From Vitrella brassicaformis CCMP3155 (lineage: Eukaryota; Protista; Chromerida): a stretch of 64,000 nt of DNA. The notes under the pieces were generated by a model. It worked only from the letters and a program-made list of their open reading frames with translations, was not told the origin of the DNA and made no database searches. This document shows, piece after piece, positions 37,740 to 51,000 of the stretch. The stretch is taken from NCBI GenBank assembly GCA_001179505.1, contig CDMY01000055.1, positions 124,001-188,000 of the forward strand, given 5' to 3'. Within the stretch, counting starts at the first letter, position 1; each line of letters starts with the position of its first letter. The position numbers were made by a program, and so were the translations under genes.

Positions 37740-38978
37740 ATGATGTCAGATCTTTTGCGCGTTGGCCGTGTGTTCTTCAGTTCCGCTGGGCTGGGTGCGA
37801 TGTCTGATCTGCTGCCTGAGGAGCTTTGGCGTGAGCAGATTCTGCCCTTCCTTGTCGTCTGTGACGTCGTTGCCCTGCGAGCGACCAGCAGGGCCAAGGC
37901 GGCTCTGATCACGGCTGGCCTGCTGCTGCAGCGGATTGACGCCTGCCTCGAGAGGAATGAACTGAATGGCACTGTTGATGTCGACCGAGTGTGGAGTGCT
38001 GGGGATGCGAATCAGCTTGGCGGGCTTGTTGGCCTGATTCTTTCCTACGTCAGGCGGCTTCCGGCATGCCCAAGACGACTGACGGGCCGACGGGCAAATG
38101 GGATGACGCACGTCGGCTATCTACTGCGATGCCTTTATGTGCTGGAGCAGGGCGGCAGTAAGTGGCGTGTGATGGGCATGATTGTCCGGCTGGCCGCTAT
38201 CTATCAGCTGACCCCCAATGGGCTGCCCTTGACCATGTCGGTTGCTCATTTGCCGACCCGGTGGGCCTTCCATCAGATGCCAGTCATGATGTCCGTCTAC
38301 ACGACCATCCAGCACCAGCTCAGCTACCGAGGGAGCAGCCTGGCCCTGCAGCCGGCAGCAATCAACATTGACGGGTCAACATTCCTATCGTTGCTGAGAT
38401 GGTGCCTCATGGCCGGCACTGTCGGGCCCTTTGGTGTGATGCCTCACGGCGAGATGCCGGCCAGCCACCGCTATTTAGTGGAATACAAGAGCGAAGACCC
38501 CGTCATCCGCTGCGGACCGCGGCTCTTCCCCTCCTTCTCGGCATTTCTGGTGCGGAGCCTCTGCTGCCGGTGGTCGGATCAGGAGGCAGCGGGTGACAGG
38601 GAGGTGCTTACTGCACACATAGGCGACAGACATCCCTGCTATTGGAAGCTTCTCAGGGCCGACGACGTGCCTCAGCAGCTGGGCATGACTGTGGACCATC
38701 GATATGACAATGGCGACATTCATCGGGCACATCCAGCCGAGTATCGTGGTGTAGTTGTGAGCGGCTTTCGGCCTGGCGACGCTGTTGCTGCTCGTCTGTC
38801 GGTGGGGTTTGGGCGGATTCAGCTGCATTCGACCGAGCCGCCCGTTGCTGGCCCGGCTGCATCGCTGGACGAGGTGCTCGATGTGCGTTTCCCGGTGTCG
38901 ATGCCCATGTGGCGCAGTGTGTTGAAGCGGTTCGACCTCGAGGAGGACGTCATCAACAGAGGGAGAGTGCTGGTGTGA
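37740..38978 (+). CDS. Lineage-specific family gene with clear F-box-like N-terminus, intronless, intact
   Basis: SDLLPEELWREQILPFLVVCDVVALRATSR fits the F-box pattern. The body shares YVLEQGG, QLTPN, HQLSYRG, YKSEDPVIRCG, FPSFSAF and STEPP motifs with the other copies. Confidence 0.8.
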   Translation: MMSDLLRVGRVFFSSAGLGAMSDLLPEELWREQILPFLVVCDVVALRATSRAKAALITAGLLLQRIDACLERNELNGTVDVDRVWSAGDANQLGGLVGLILSYVRRLPACPRRLTGRRANGMTHVGYLLRCLYVLEQGGSKWRVMGMIVRLAAIYQLTPNGLPLTMSVAHLPTRWAFHQMPVMMSVYTTIQHQLSYRGSSLALQPAAINIDGSTFLSLLRWCLMAGTVGPFGVMPHGEMPASHRYLVEYKSEDPVIRCGPRLFPSFSAFLVRSLCCRWSDQEAAGDREVLTAHIGDRHPCYWKLLRADDVPQQLGMTVDHRYDNGDIHRAHPAEYRGVVVSGFRPGDAVAARLSVGFGRIQLHSTEPPVAGPAASLDEVLDVRFPVSMPMWRSVLKRFDLEEDVINRGRVLV

Positions 38979-39550
38979 AACTGCTGTGAGGGGGCTAGTA
39001 GTCTAGTAGGCTAGTAGGTGGTATAGACCATGACCATTACACGGACGACATGACGGAGGCGTATGGGTAGAAAAAGGCCGGTACGGGATTTGTCTGGTGC
39101 CATGTCGGTGCTGTGCTGTGCTGTGCTGTGCTGTTCTGTGTCTGTGTGTGTAGCCAATCCGTCAAGCGAATGGGATAGCGATAGCTCATTCGTACGGCTA
39201 TGTGTAGACGTGTGTTTGTGAGTGACTCGTTGATGGGACACCTGGGTGTAGCTGGTGAAGCGTATGAAGCGTGAGACAAAACCTCACTTTGCAGCGCACC
39301 GACGAGTCAGGTCGCGTCATGGATGAAGGACACAAAGCTCAAAGACACTTCAGTAAGCCAAGTAGTCGCTAATACTGCAAATCCCTCTTCCCGACCACAC
39401 ACTTGCCAGCATTACGTACTCAGCCTGGCCAACACGCATCCATCCAACACAGGTGACAAGACACGATGATGGATGGACACAGCAATCAGCAATGGGTCTC
39501 TCCTGGTGCTTCTCACCTGCAGGCATGTCATGTACGTCGGCTTTCATCAT

Positions 39551-39765
39551 TCACCCGAGGACCGCTCGGGGGTCGGGCTAGTCCATGTCTGATCAGCAGG
39601 GGACAGCAACTGGGAAGCGCTCGATGTGCGTGCTGCCCTCGATCGGTGCCCCGGTCGTGTCAAGTTCGATGCCGCCACTGCCGACCCACAGGTAGGCCGC
39701 AATGGTGTCGGTGCCCTTAAGGATGATTCGCCGGCGACCGTCGTCTCCCTGGCCCCCCGACCGGG
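39551..39765 (-). pseudogene. Isolated C-terminal fragment of the same family
   Basis: Reverse strand reads GDDGRRRIILKGTDTIAAYLWVGSGGIELDTTGAPIEGSTHIERFPVAV, then frameshifted LLIRHGL...VLG*. Confidence 0.75.
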
Positions 39766-40616
39766 CCTATCTGGCCCAGTGATTGAGCCCGGAGGGCGAT
39801 GGAAGAAGGCCCCAGATCTCCCTGCTAACAGCGAATGGTTCGCCAGCCAGGCAGGCAGCCAGCCAGCCGTTCGTTCTTTTGCAGCGGCACAAGCTCAGAA
39901 GGAAGGCCAGGCCTGCACACTCACATGATGACAACGAACACGTGCCATTGATCGATACACTTGCCGTGGTCTTTGGCTCAACCACTGTCCAGAAGTGATG
40001 GCGTGGCGTGTTGTTCGATGCCGGCGGCCTCCACACACCAATAAGACACCATCAAATCAACCAGGGAGGACAGGCCATCATGTTAAGGATGGACCCATCC
40101 ACGGACGACACAGAGTCCAGACCTGCAAGCAGAGAGGCAGGCAGTGTCGCCGCAGCGAGGCAATGAACACATCTGGAATCAGCCTTTCGCCTCATCGGAC
40201 TCACTCACCTCTTCGCTACGATGGGGAGGCGGCCTTTCCTTAATTGCCTCTCTCTGCATCCCGAGCTCGCGAATAGATCGGCATTGGGGAAACGACGGGC
40301 TTCCTGGAGGCCAAGCAGCGCTGGAGTGTCTGGAGGTGGCATGAGGAGCTGAGGGATGCTTTCGATCAATCGATGACGTTCAGCTCTGATGCAGATCTGC
40401 TGACGCCTACTCTGCACAATGAAGGTCCGAATGGCGGTGGAGAGCAAGAGAGCCCACATGTTTGACATTCCTACTTGCTTGCATTTCCTTCAGAAGCGAG
40501 GTGGTTTTGATGAGTGACCAGGGCAGATCTGCTGTGAGAAGAGGCTGTCGGACGCCGGCCTGCTAACTTCCCCGCCTCTGTGTGTGCCTATGTGATGGGT
40601 ATTCTGATGAGATCAG

Positions 40617-43600
40617 ATGGCCATGGCCTCCCCTTCTCTCCGGTGCTGTTCGTCCTTCCTGGTGGTCGCCCACAAAGATCCCTCCCAGCTCCTGGCCTAC
40701 CGCACGCAGAGCCTCTCACCGCAGCAGCCGTCCTCAGGCCCGTCCGTCGCGCCACTCGTGTTTGCCGCCCACCCGGATGCCGTCGACGTGACGATGGACG
40801 TGCAGGACTTCAGGGTGGAGGAGAGGGAGGAGGGGCCGCTGCTGAGTGCGGTCCTCGCGTGGCGGGGGCGGCAGCAGGGGGGCAAGCTCGTGGCCAGGGA
40901 GCTGGTGCTCGCCAACCTCTCGCGGCTGTATGAAGGTGAGGTACCGATGGCTGGCTGCACGGAGGGGGGTGCATTCGATGTGCGTCTGGTTTGCCTGGCT
41001 GGCTGGCTGCCTCTCTGGCTGGCTGCAGAAACGACGGAGGATTTCCTGGGCGTCAAGCCCGTCGACCTCCCCCCTCCCTCTCTATCCCCCAGCCCGTCAT
41101 CCGCATCTCATCACACCATCCAGTGGGTGCAGCGGTGTGACCTCTCCAGGCTGCCACCACTCCTGCACCGCCCCTCACAGCCCCTCCCCTCCCTCTCAAT
41201 GCAGATCATGAGCACAGCCCTCCCTCTGGCACTCTTGGAGGTGTCCATCGAGCTGGAGCACCCTCTGCTATCCCTCGCCCCACTCAAGCCATCGGTGACT
41301 ATCGCTGTCGGTCTCCGGGAAGAGAATGCGGCGCAGGAGGCGCCATGTGCGGCCGCTGCAGCGGCTGCCGCTGGTGGTGGTGTAGAGGATTGGTGTGGTG
41401 ATGAGAGTTCGGGTGGAGTAGTGGTACATGAGGTCAATGTGTCGTCGGTTCTCACGTGTGACATCAGGTGCGTCGGGCGGGCGGGTGGGTTGGTGGATGG
41501 CCTACCCCTCCCTCACTTGTTGTGTTGTGCTGTGCTGTGTTATGTCGGTCAGCCATGCGTTGTGGCGCGGCCTGACGGGAGGGGATCCTCCAGGTGACAT
41601 ATGGGACATGGGCGATGCTGCCGATGACGACAATGACATTGAGGACCGTTGCGGTAGAGCGGCGCCGCCCACCGACACTGCAGGCGGCATCTCAGTGGTC
41701 ATCTGGGTGGACAAAAAGGGCGGGTGAGTGGGCGGGCGAATACACACCACGTAGATCTCATCTTGCGTGTGTTGTGCTTCAGGGTGTACATCGCATCCGC
41801 CGCGGCATTCTCGGATAGCCTCATGGCGATGGTCAACTCGCCAGCATCTTCACCACCACCGGACGACATCGACACATCCGGCCCGCCCGATCAGCTGCCC
41901 GTCACCATCTGTCCCAGAACTCTTCCTCCCGCTGGCAGCAATGCAGCTTCAAACACCGATCGCCCCCAGCCGTCCCTGTCACACGCGCTGATGCCCTCGT
42001 CATCGATGTTTGCCATCGGAGAGAGGCCTCATGCCTTCCTGCTGGCACTCAAGCGTGCGGACGACGATCGGCATGCCGCGGACGCCATCGCAGTGATATC
42101 GTAAGAGGAACAGGAGACGAGAACATTCGAATAAATGCTTACCGACTTGGTCTGTGTGTGCGCTTGCAGCGATGAAGGCGAGGTGTGGGTGGCGTCGTGT
42201 GGGTCAGGTGGTGGTGAGAGGGGGCCGAGGGGTATCATGGGTGCGGTGGCGCCCATCTGCCGCGGTGGGGCCATCCGCTTCCGCAACGAAGAGGATGGTG
42301 GTAATGGCACAGAGAGGGCCGTCCATGTGCAGCAGGTCGACTGCGCCAATGACCAACAGGTACACAGCCTTTTGATTTGATGCCCTTGTGCTGGTGGTTT
42401 GGGTTGGATGGGTTAATCTCAAATCAATCAGGTGTATGTGATGGGCGACGACGGCACCACATGGCGGGTGGACCTCAGTGGGGCGTCCTGGCCCCCCCTC
42501 GCCCAGCCAATGCCCATAGCCCCAGCCACACAGGCAAGACATACCGACACTCACCCACCCACCCCTGACCAACCCCCCTGTGAGCTCAGATATGTGTGTT
42601 TGGGCATGCTTCGCCGTGGTTGGCGTACGTGACGGTGCTAGACGAGGTGAGGCGACACCGCATCGAGCCCCCCGCTGGCAGGGCAGCACGAGAGAGGGGC
42701 GACGGGCCCAGTGGTGCGGGTGCATTGTCGCCTCGTGTGTCGGAGCTGGCAGAGATGGGCAAGCGCCTCCACGACCAGATTCAACGACTACAGAAGGAGA
42801 AGGAGGTAAGTCAGCACGTCGACGGGCACTCAACCACACTCTGCCCTGGTCTCTCTCTCTCTCCCTCTCTGTCCTCCAGATGAACAGCGCTGCTCTGTCG
42901 TCCCTGAGCCGGCTGTCGTTGGTGCTGGCGGTGCCCTGGTACCTGCACGTCGCCATCAAACAGCCCGGGGGGCCCAATAGGGGCGGTCTGTCCGGCCGAG
43001 CACCATCTTCATCATCGTCGTCACTGCATGTGACCGTGAGGCCCCGGCCGATGTCGCTCGGCAGTGCCCACATGGGTTTGATCAAGGCTCTCCTTGCCGG
43101 CACGTCGAATGAGGACATGCAGACCACAGGCGCCGGTGGTGGTGGTGGTGGTGGTGCGGGCATCATGCAGGCTGACGGTAGGCAACAAGCAGAGAGGCAG
43201 AGCGGCAGGGAGGGAGCGATTCCCACGGATTCATCTGTGGATCATTTTTTGTCTGTTCTGTGTGGGCGCGGCGCGTATGTGCGTGCAGTGGTGTTGGTGC
43301 TGGTGCGGACGGGCGTCCCATCGTCGAGTGGAATGAGCCGTGCAGAGAGCCACCCGCCCACAGCATCCTCACCGAACCCAGACACGCTGCTGCTGAGAGG
43401 CCTGGCCACACTGTGGGCCGGCGAATCTGGGACCCCTGCGATGCGGCCAGACAGCCTCGCCGATATGCTGCACTGGTAAGTGATAGGGAGAGAGCGAGTG
43501 AGAGTGGGAGGGCAGTTGCGCGTGTGTGACGCATGGTGTCCGTTGGTATATGTGTGTGCGATGCAGGCGTGTTGATGTGTGTTCGTCGGGCTGTGTGGGG

Positions 43601-44188
43601 TGCGCCACGGCCCCACCCACTCTTGCACAAGTGTGGATCATACACCCAGGTCACCACATTGACAAGTAGATAGACAGACCGGCAGAAAGACAACACACCA
43701 GGACAGACGCGCAGTTTTTTTTTTTTGGTCGCGTGTTTTGCCCTTGGTTGCGCCAGACGTGGGCCGTCCGCTGCTGCTGGCTCAGAAGGGCGCGATCGAC
43801 GACCACATCAATGCAGCGGTGGTCAACGCATTTGACCATGACGGCAATGACAATGACGACGTGATGGCGATGGCTGGCCGACGGCAAGGACAAGACGGCA
43901 ACGCGCCCTCACATAACCAAACTGCCGCATACCTGCAGGTGGGTGGGTGAGTGAGTGAGCCGGCAAACAGAATCCCTCCCGTCTGTGTGAGCATTCATTG
44001 GTTGTGTCTGCGTGCAGTTGGCGGGGATAGCGGCCCTGAGTCTGCCGAAGGTGAGGGCCATAGGTGTCGTGCCCGCCATGACGAGCCGCGAGGCCGCGCA
44101 GCACAAGGCGGCCCTCGTGGACATCTACACCAAGATCAGACAGATCGACATCCACAAGGGCGGACAGACAGAGATGGACACAACATAG
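40617..44188 (+). CDS. Large multi-exon hypothetical protein with central coiled coil
   Basis: Chain of exons with GT-AG microsatellite introns, including LAEMGKRLHDQIQRLQKEKE|MNSAALSSL. Last exon LAGIAALSLPKVRAIG...DIHKGGQTEMDTT*. No family recognised. Confidence 0.55.
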
Positions 44189-44311
44189 GTAGATGGCATA
44201 TGGCATAGCAGCTTCCCGACCGGTCGATCATCCATCTGTGACGTGACCAGAGCGGATGGTGTGTGTAGAGAGACACGCCCACAGGCGTGTGCGTCGTGGT
44301 GGTGGTAGCTA

Positions 44312-44516
44312 CTAGGTCGGTCGGCATACATGTGCAGATCTTCCGTATTAATTGCGGCCGGCAGTGAGCGCTATTCGACTGACTGACACGGATGTCTGTC
44401 TGTGTGTAGATAACAACAATACGCATAATTCTGGAAGGTTGCTTGGCGCCGCACAGCGAGCAGCAAGGCCGCACCACAGCAGCACGCATCATTGAGGCTC
44501 GACACATATGAAGTCG
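44312..44516. repeat. ~205-215 bp dispersed repeat, copy 1
   Basis: Highly similar, same orientation, to 54931-55144 (gtattaattgcggccggcagtgag; gtagataacaacaatacgcataa; caaggccgcaccacagcagcacgcatcattgaggctcgacac). Confidence 0.9.
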
Positions 44517-45065
44517 CCATTCTTCCTTGTGTCAGTAATAGCAATGAGGCATTTGGAGTTTGGAGTTTGGCATTTGGAAATGGACTCTTTTTCCAAGTGC
44601 ACTCCTCTACGACTACCACTGGCACACGTGGCATCACCAAGTTGTCACCTACGTTGCGTGGCTAGCTGTTCTACACCCACCGACGACACACCCACACGCC
44701 CCTTCTGTCTGCCTGTCTGTCTGCCTGCCTGCCACGCTACAACAGAGGTCTGCATGTGCATAAAGCCTTCAGATCACCGAGCCAGTCATACGAACCAGCC
44801 AGAGCGGTGCATGTCCATATATATCTTGAGGTGCATGTATGGACAAAAATATACATGTATGTACACAAAAATATGTATGCATATATGTATATACACAAAA
44901 GTATTTATGTACACAGAGTCGTGTGTGCGCGCACAGCAGATCGAGTGTGTTGCCGTCGGCCAGACCGACACAAAAAATAAATGCTGCCTCACTCTCTCAC
45001 TCGCAGCACGAAAATAAATCGACATATACTCAGCACTTCTCTTCTTGCAAATGTACGCGCGTCGA

Positions 45066-48000
45066 CTACGACGCAGCGGAAGAGTGCTGGCAGACAGCCA
45101 CGGCGTCATAAACGGCCTCGGCCGACACGGACAATGCCACACTGTCCTCCTCGTCACTGCTCAGCCGGTGCCAATCGACACGCATGAGATGATGGCAGGG
45201 GGGCGTCAGGGCGGCCGTGTGGGGGTCGCTCTGCAAGTGCGACTGGGTCGAGCTGACAGGCGACACCGAGCCGGTCATAGGCACCTCATCTGCTGCATCG
45301 CCACATGGCGTCTCGACCACTGTGGGCGCGAGGCTGACGAGGGCCTCTGGGATGGCATCCTGCAGACAGCAGAAGAGACGGCCTTGGCCATACTCACAGA
45401 CACCCCCGTAAATGTATCTCTGGCTGACCGGTGGGCTGCCTTTATCGATGAGTGCTCGTTTGGCCTTGCGGAACGCCTCATAGAGCCCCCGCCAGCCGCC
45501 AGTGTGCTGCTGGGGGTCTGTCGGTACCTCGGTGGCGGCCTTCTCGAGATCACTGCCGTCGGCCGTCCGTTTGAGCTGGTGCATCTGCTCTCTCGTGACG
45601 AGCTCGTCCACCACATAGGACAAGTTGGCCTGCAGGTCGTGCAATGTGATGCCCGCAGACACCTCTGAGGGCACCGGCTGCTCGCTTGGTTCATCAGTGG
45701 ACGTCTTGCCGGCCTCCGATTGGATCGATACTGCACACATCACCATCCCGTGATAGCACGAATCAGTGTGGTACGTATCATGGTCCATGCAGTAAACCGA
45801 CCGTCGCTAGAGCGTCGACTGCGAAATACATTGGAGAGGTCGCTCGTCCGCATGTGCCGCAGACCCTGGGGGACACACACAGGCCGATCGACCGTACAGA
45901 CGGGGGGTCTTCTGTCCTTCGCCTCACCGTCACTGTGCGGTCGTCGGGTCTTGGCAGATGGACGACCACATGGCCTCGTCGACGGCTGCGCATCTCCACT
46001 CGCTTCTGCCGCAGGCCCTGCACCAGGAAGGCGTGGCTCCACAGAAACTCATGGCTGGCCAAACCACCAAACACACACATACACACAGACAGCAGAAGAC
46101 ATCGGGGCGCGTGTTGGTATGCTTACAGGTCGCTGGGCACGTGTGTGAGTTTGAGTCTCTCGATGGCGTCCTGCATGGCGGCTGACGTCAGCTGCATGGC
46201 TGTCACCGCACGATGTACCGGCCACCCGACACACGGATGGCACCCCTCTGATGCAGCGGGGGGGCCGTCGGCAGAGAGAGCAGCACTGGACCAGTCATAG
46301 AAGACCTTCGGTGAGATGCGCCGTTTCTCCTCCTCTCTGTTGATGAGCCACGACAAAAGAGGGCCCGTCACACGACCGGACATCATACGGGCTGAAAGGA
46401 CACGACAGGGCACAAGCAGCCAGATGGAACCGAGCGTGCTGATTGGATGCTCTTCCGTTGCCTACCAATAGCATTTTCGCGGTCGGTGATGGCCGTGTAT
46501 CTGTAGCCGACTTGCAGCAGGCCATACCGACATACCTGCGCGGCCAGCAAAATATGATGCACCAGATTGGCCAGAATGACAACGAGCACGAGGCCGATCG
46601 TCAACACAAGAGAGGTCCCCTCGGGCAGCATGACAACGAACTGCATGACGAGCAGCGACACGAACCACACCAGCAGCCCACGCAGCTCAGACCGATTGAG
46701 GATGTCCATGCTGCTTCGGTCGAAGGGCCAAACAGCGAATTGCAGCGCCAGACACACACTGGCGACCACAGTCCAGCCGAGCAGCTGCTGGCGGGGCTGC
46801 GCCGTCGCTCGCTGTGCGATCAGCAGCACCAACACGCGCCTCATGGCCAGCACAAAGTCCCAGTAGTGGAAGTTCTTGCGATAGCCTACATAAAGGAAGC
46901 CCACCCTTCTGCGCGTGTGGGGGTCCTGCAGGCGGTCTCTGTGCCGCCACAGAAACGCCACGCCACACACCATTGGTGCGAGCGTCCACAATAACAGACC
47001 AGCCACAGCAACCCACAAGAACGGGGCATGCTCGGCAGATCCGAAGAGAACATGGGAATCGAGGTCCATTCTCGAGCGCATGTCATCCATCGGATCAGTG
47101 GGCAGCAGGCTGACACTCTCTCCTGAGGCGATAGGGGTAGGCGAACCCACATAGGGGAAAGGCCGGCAGCGCAGGAGGGCCAGCATGCTCTTGGTCACGG
47201 TGGGATAGAGAAAGGTGAGGTTGACGACCATCATGGTCCCCCTTTTGTCGAGCCACTGCCGCCATCGGCCGCTCTTGTGGGCCTCCGTTAGGGAATGCTG
47301 GCAGGACGGAGGCGTCACTGACTCGGTTCGAAAGTCCTCCTGAAATGTGACTGACCGCTGGCGAGGGCAGTGAGCGGCAGGTGTGTCTGTCTTGCCGTTG
47401 GCGACGGATGGCGGTGCCGAGAGGGCCCGGATGTTTGTGTCGGTGGCGAGTGAGGCTCGTTCGTTGCTGCCAACGCGCCGTCTTGACTTGAAGGCATCAC
47501 GCACTCGGTCAAACCCGCTCGCTGCAGCCACGACACGAGCCACAAATGATCACATGCATCGCCCCCTAGAGTGTGTGTTCGTGGTTACCAATGATAGGCA
47601 CAGCAGTGAGCCAGACGAGTGGCAAAGCCAACCACACGGCATTGCGGTACAGAACGCACTTATCGCCCACGTATGGCCTCAGCAGGGACTCCCACACTCC
47701 TCGCAGCTGAGGAACCCCGCCGGTCCAGGCGAAGAACCCGCCGAGCAGTGAGGATATCTGGCCGCCCCAGACGGACGACTCGTCAAACGCGAGAAAGGCC
47801 AAACCACATACCTGCACACACACACACATACGGCAACATCATATACAGGCGATGGAAGGTGGGTGCATGAGTTTCTGTTTATCCGCCATTGCGTACAGCA
47901 GTGATGTGTGAGAGGCCGATTTTGATCAGCTGAGACGGCACCTGAGCGCGCAGAGACGACGAAGCCCTGACACACACCCGTAAGCTCAACACGAAGATTG

Positions 48001-51000
48001 ATCGAATTAAAACTTTGCGTGAGAGATGGACCTTTCAGCAAGCGCCGTGAGTATGAAGATGGCCATCAGAGTGGCGAGAACGAGCAACACGTTGACAAGC
48101 ACAATCTGCCATAGTGGGTTACATGGGGCGCAGGGCTGCTGTGGCGTCTGACGCGAGAAGCCGGCCTTGCACCGAGAGCACACAAAACCCTCGTGACCCT
48201 CCTGAGACAGAGACAAGGCGAGAACGAAAAAATGGCGTTTCTCGGAGGGATGCAGTTGGCTGTTACCGAGCATATGTTCAGCCCGTCTGTCTTGTTAGTG
48301 CCTTTGCAGGCCGACGGCAATGGACACGACATCACTATCGGCAACGAAGTCAACCCAGAGCCATATCTAAAACACGCCAAAACACGCACACTCCCTCATA
48401 TGGCTCGTACAGTAAGACCCATCTTACGTTGTCACTTCTCTTGTGGTGTTGTGAGACGGGCGATCCGACTGTAGCTGGACAGTGAGCTGGAAGAAGCCCG
48501 GCAGCACACTCGCATTGTAGTTGATGGGGACCGAGCAGTTCAACCCAGGCAAACAGTCCTGGCAGATCCACGCGCTGCGACTTCCATCAGCGCCGCCTTT
48601 GCGCACGCCGATAGACCCAGCCGTACACGGCTCGCACGGCTCCTTGCCGCGCTGGTGGCCAAGACGGCAATAGCACGCAGGTGAGCCCTCGTCAGAACCT
48701 GCAGACAGACGCGTAGACCAACAATCTAAGTCGCAAGGGCCTATTGTCATGTGTTTCTTCCATCTCTGACCTGCATCATCGGGACATTGTGAGCATGTTT
48801 GTGTGCCAACTTGTCTGTTGCTGTATGAGTCAGGGGGGCACTTGGTGCAGTTGATGCCGATGCCCTCGTATCCGGGCAGGCACCGACATAGGGCATCCGA
48901 GTCGAAGGTGTAGTCGAAAGGTGCGAGCAGGGAGAACACTAGTGAGCACAGTGGGTACAATCAGCACGTGTACTCGTTCTGTGTACTTAACCATATGGAA
49001 TCTGACCTCTAGCCTGTTGAATACCGAGCAAAACTCTGTGCACTCGAACCGCTCCTCACCGTTCTCCAACGTCCGCACGACATATCCTGCACAAACCATT
49101 TCCAACCACATGCACTGATGTGGACTGACGCACTGCAGTGGGTATCTGCTCTGCGTGTGCTGTGACGAGGATCCTACCCTACCTTGCGGGTCGGGCACCA
49201 GTGGCGTCAAGTGTGGATCGTCGGACGCGGTCAATGATGGGCACCAACTGAAGTTTTGATGCGCACCGCTTGACCGACGCAAATCATTACACTTCTAAAC
49301 CACATACACACCCCACAGACACCGATAACAACACACATATATCGGCCACCAATTATACATACAGAGGCTCTCTGCTCTTTTTTCTCACCTCGATGGGTGT
49401 AACGCTGACACACACCGATGTCTGCTTCACATCGAGGTCTGGATTGTCCGTGAACCTCGCGTAGTCGGATGAAAACAGCCTAGAATCAGGCCTTTTCACT
49501 CGTCTCAGTGAGTTGTTTCGCATGTCGACGTGGTAGAGCCGTGACGGAAACGCTTGAAACGTCTCGATGGCGGTGATGTTGTTGTCCCTCAAAGAGATTG
49601 ATCCCAGATAGTGGAATACAGAGTCCAAGAAGAAATAGCTGTCAGCCATCTGAGAACGCACAAAAGACTGATGGTTGTGCGTTCGCCTGTCTGCAGCAAA
49701 GATCGATTACAGATGTCAATTGGTTAGCCACTCTCAGGGGGAATCCAAAGAAGGCTTCACAGCGCATCGCACCGGAAAGACTGCAATTCGATGCATCCAG
49801 CACGACCAGACTGTCACGCACACGAAGGCACAGAGCAGGAAGCGAATGCCACAAAGCCAATGATGCTCAGTTACTTGTTCTGCCATTTAAGGGGCATGAG
49901 GAATTCGGTCACGTCGAGGTTGATGGGGTTGTTTGACACATCCAGCTCATGCAGACTGCCCCAGTCAGGCGGATCCAGCGCCGACAGCAAGCCCGACCAA
50001 CTCCACCCGCCCATTTCTGTAGTTTTGTCAAACACATTTACACAAAGAATACAAACCGCACGCCTGTGTGCCTGCCTGTCCGGATGTGTGTGCATGACAA
50101 CGAGCTCACCCAAGTGCCCATCTATGTAGCAGACGCCTTTTGGTGTGGAGCCCCACTTAGGCCACTGGCTAATGCGGTTGTTGGTGAGGTGCAGCTTCTT
50201 CAAGTTAGGCATTGAGCGAAAACCCTCTGGCAGGGTGGTCAGCAGGTTGTCGCGCATACTCAAGAATCGCAATCTGACACAAAACGGTATCCTGTATTCG
50301 CCTATGCCATTCTCTACGGCCCTTCCTTGCTGACAATTGTGGGATGCTGCCGGTGACTCTCGTGATGAGATTGTGGTCGAGCCAGGCGTCCTCGAGGTTG
50401 GGAAAGACAGACAGATCAACGGCTCTACTCAGACGGTTGAATGAGAGACTCAAGAGCCGAACACTTTCATATCCCGGGCCGCTGTGTTCGCGATCCACCA
50501 ATCCGACCAGCCTGACAATCCACAGGTCCAAACTACTACGTGTGTCGGCGTTTATCTCGCATGCAGCGCACCGGTTGCTATCTGCCATTATTCGATTGAG
50601 ATTCTCCAAACCCCGAAAGCCGACAGGCAGGTGACCCTCAAACTGAAACATGGTATGACAAGCTTTTACTAAAGCTCGCTTGCTCGTCATGTTTCTCACC
50701 GAGTTGTTGTTAACCCGCAGTGCGCTGAGCGACGTGAGGTCGCTAAGCGGCTCAAGCGTGCCGGAAAAATTGTTGTTGCCCAAACTCAGAAGCATGACCG
50801 ACTTCCAGCCACTCAACGTATCTGGCAAGGCACCCGAGAGCTGCACAACAGGAATGCGTGCGGCGTCCTGTGCTTTTTCTGGGAATATGTACCCGATTGC
50901 CCTGAAAGTGGACGGAGATCAGGTTTCCCGCATTACCTAGCGAAGACGGCAGTGGACCAGAAAACTGACAGTAAAGAGAAATACAGTTCTCAAAACACAC

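Noticed and set aside
40205-40468. MSNMWALLLSTAIRTF... as the N-terminus belonging to the 39.6 kb family fragment
   Set aside because: Only a short WAL-L-S resemblance; the intervening sequence could not be aligned to the family core.
44640-45060. AT-rich patch as possible foreign insertion or origin
   Set aside because: Explained by degenerate (TA/TATG)n microsatellite in a convergent intergenic region.
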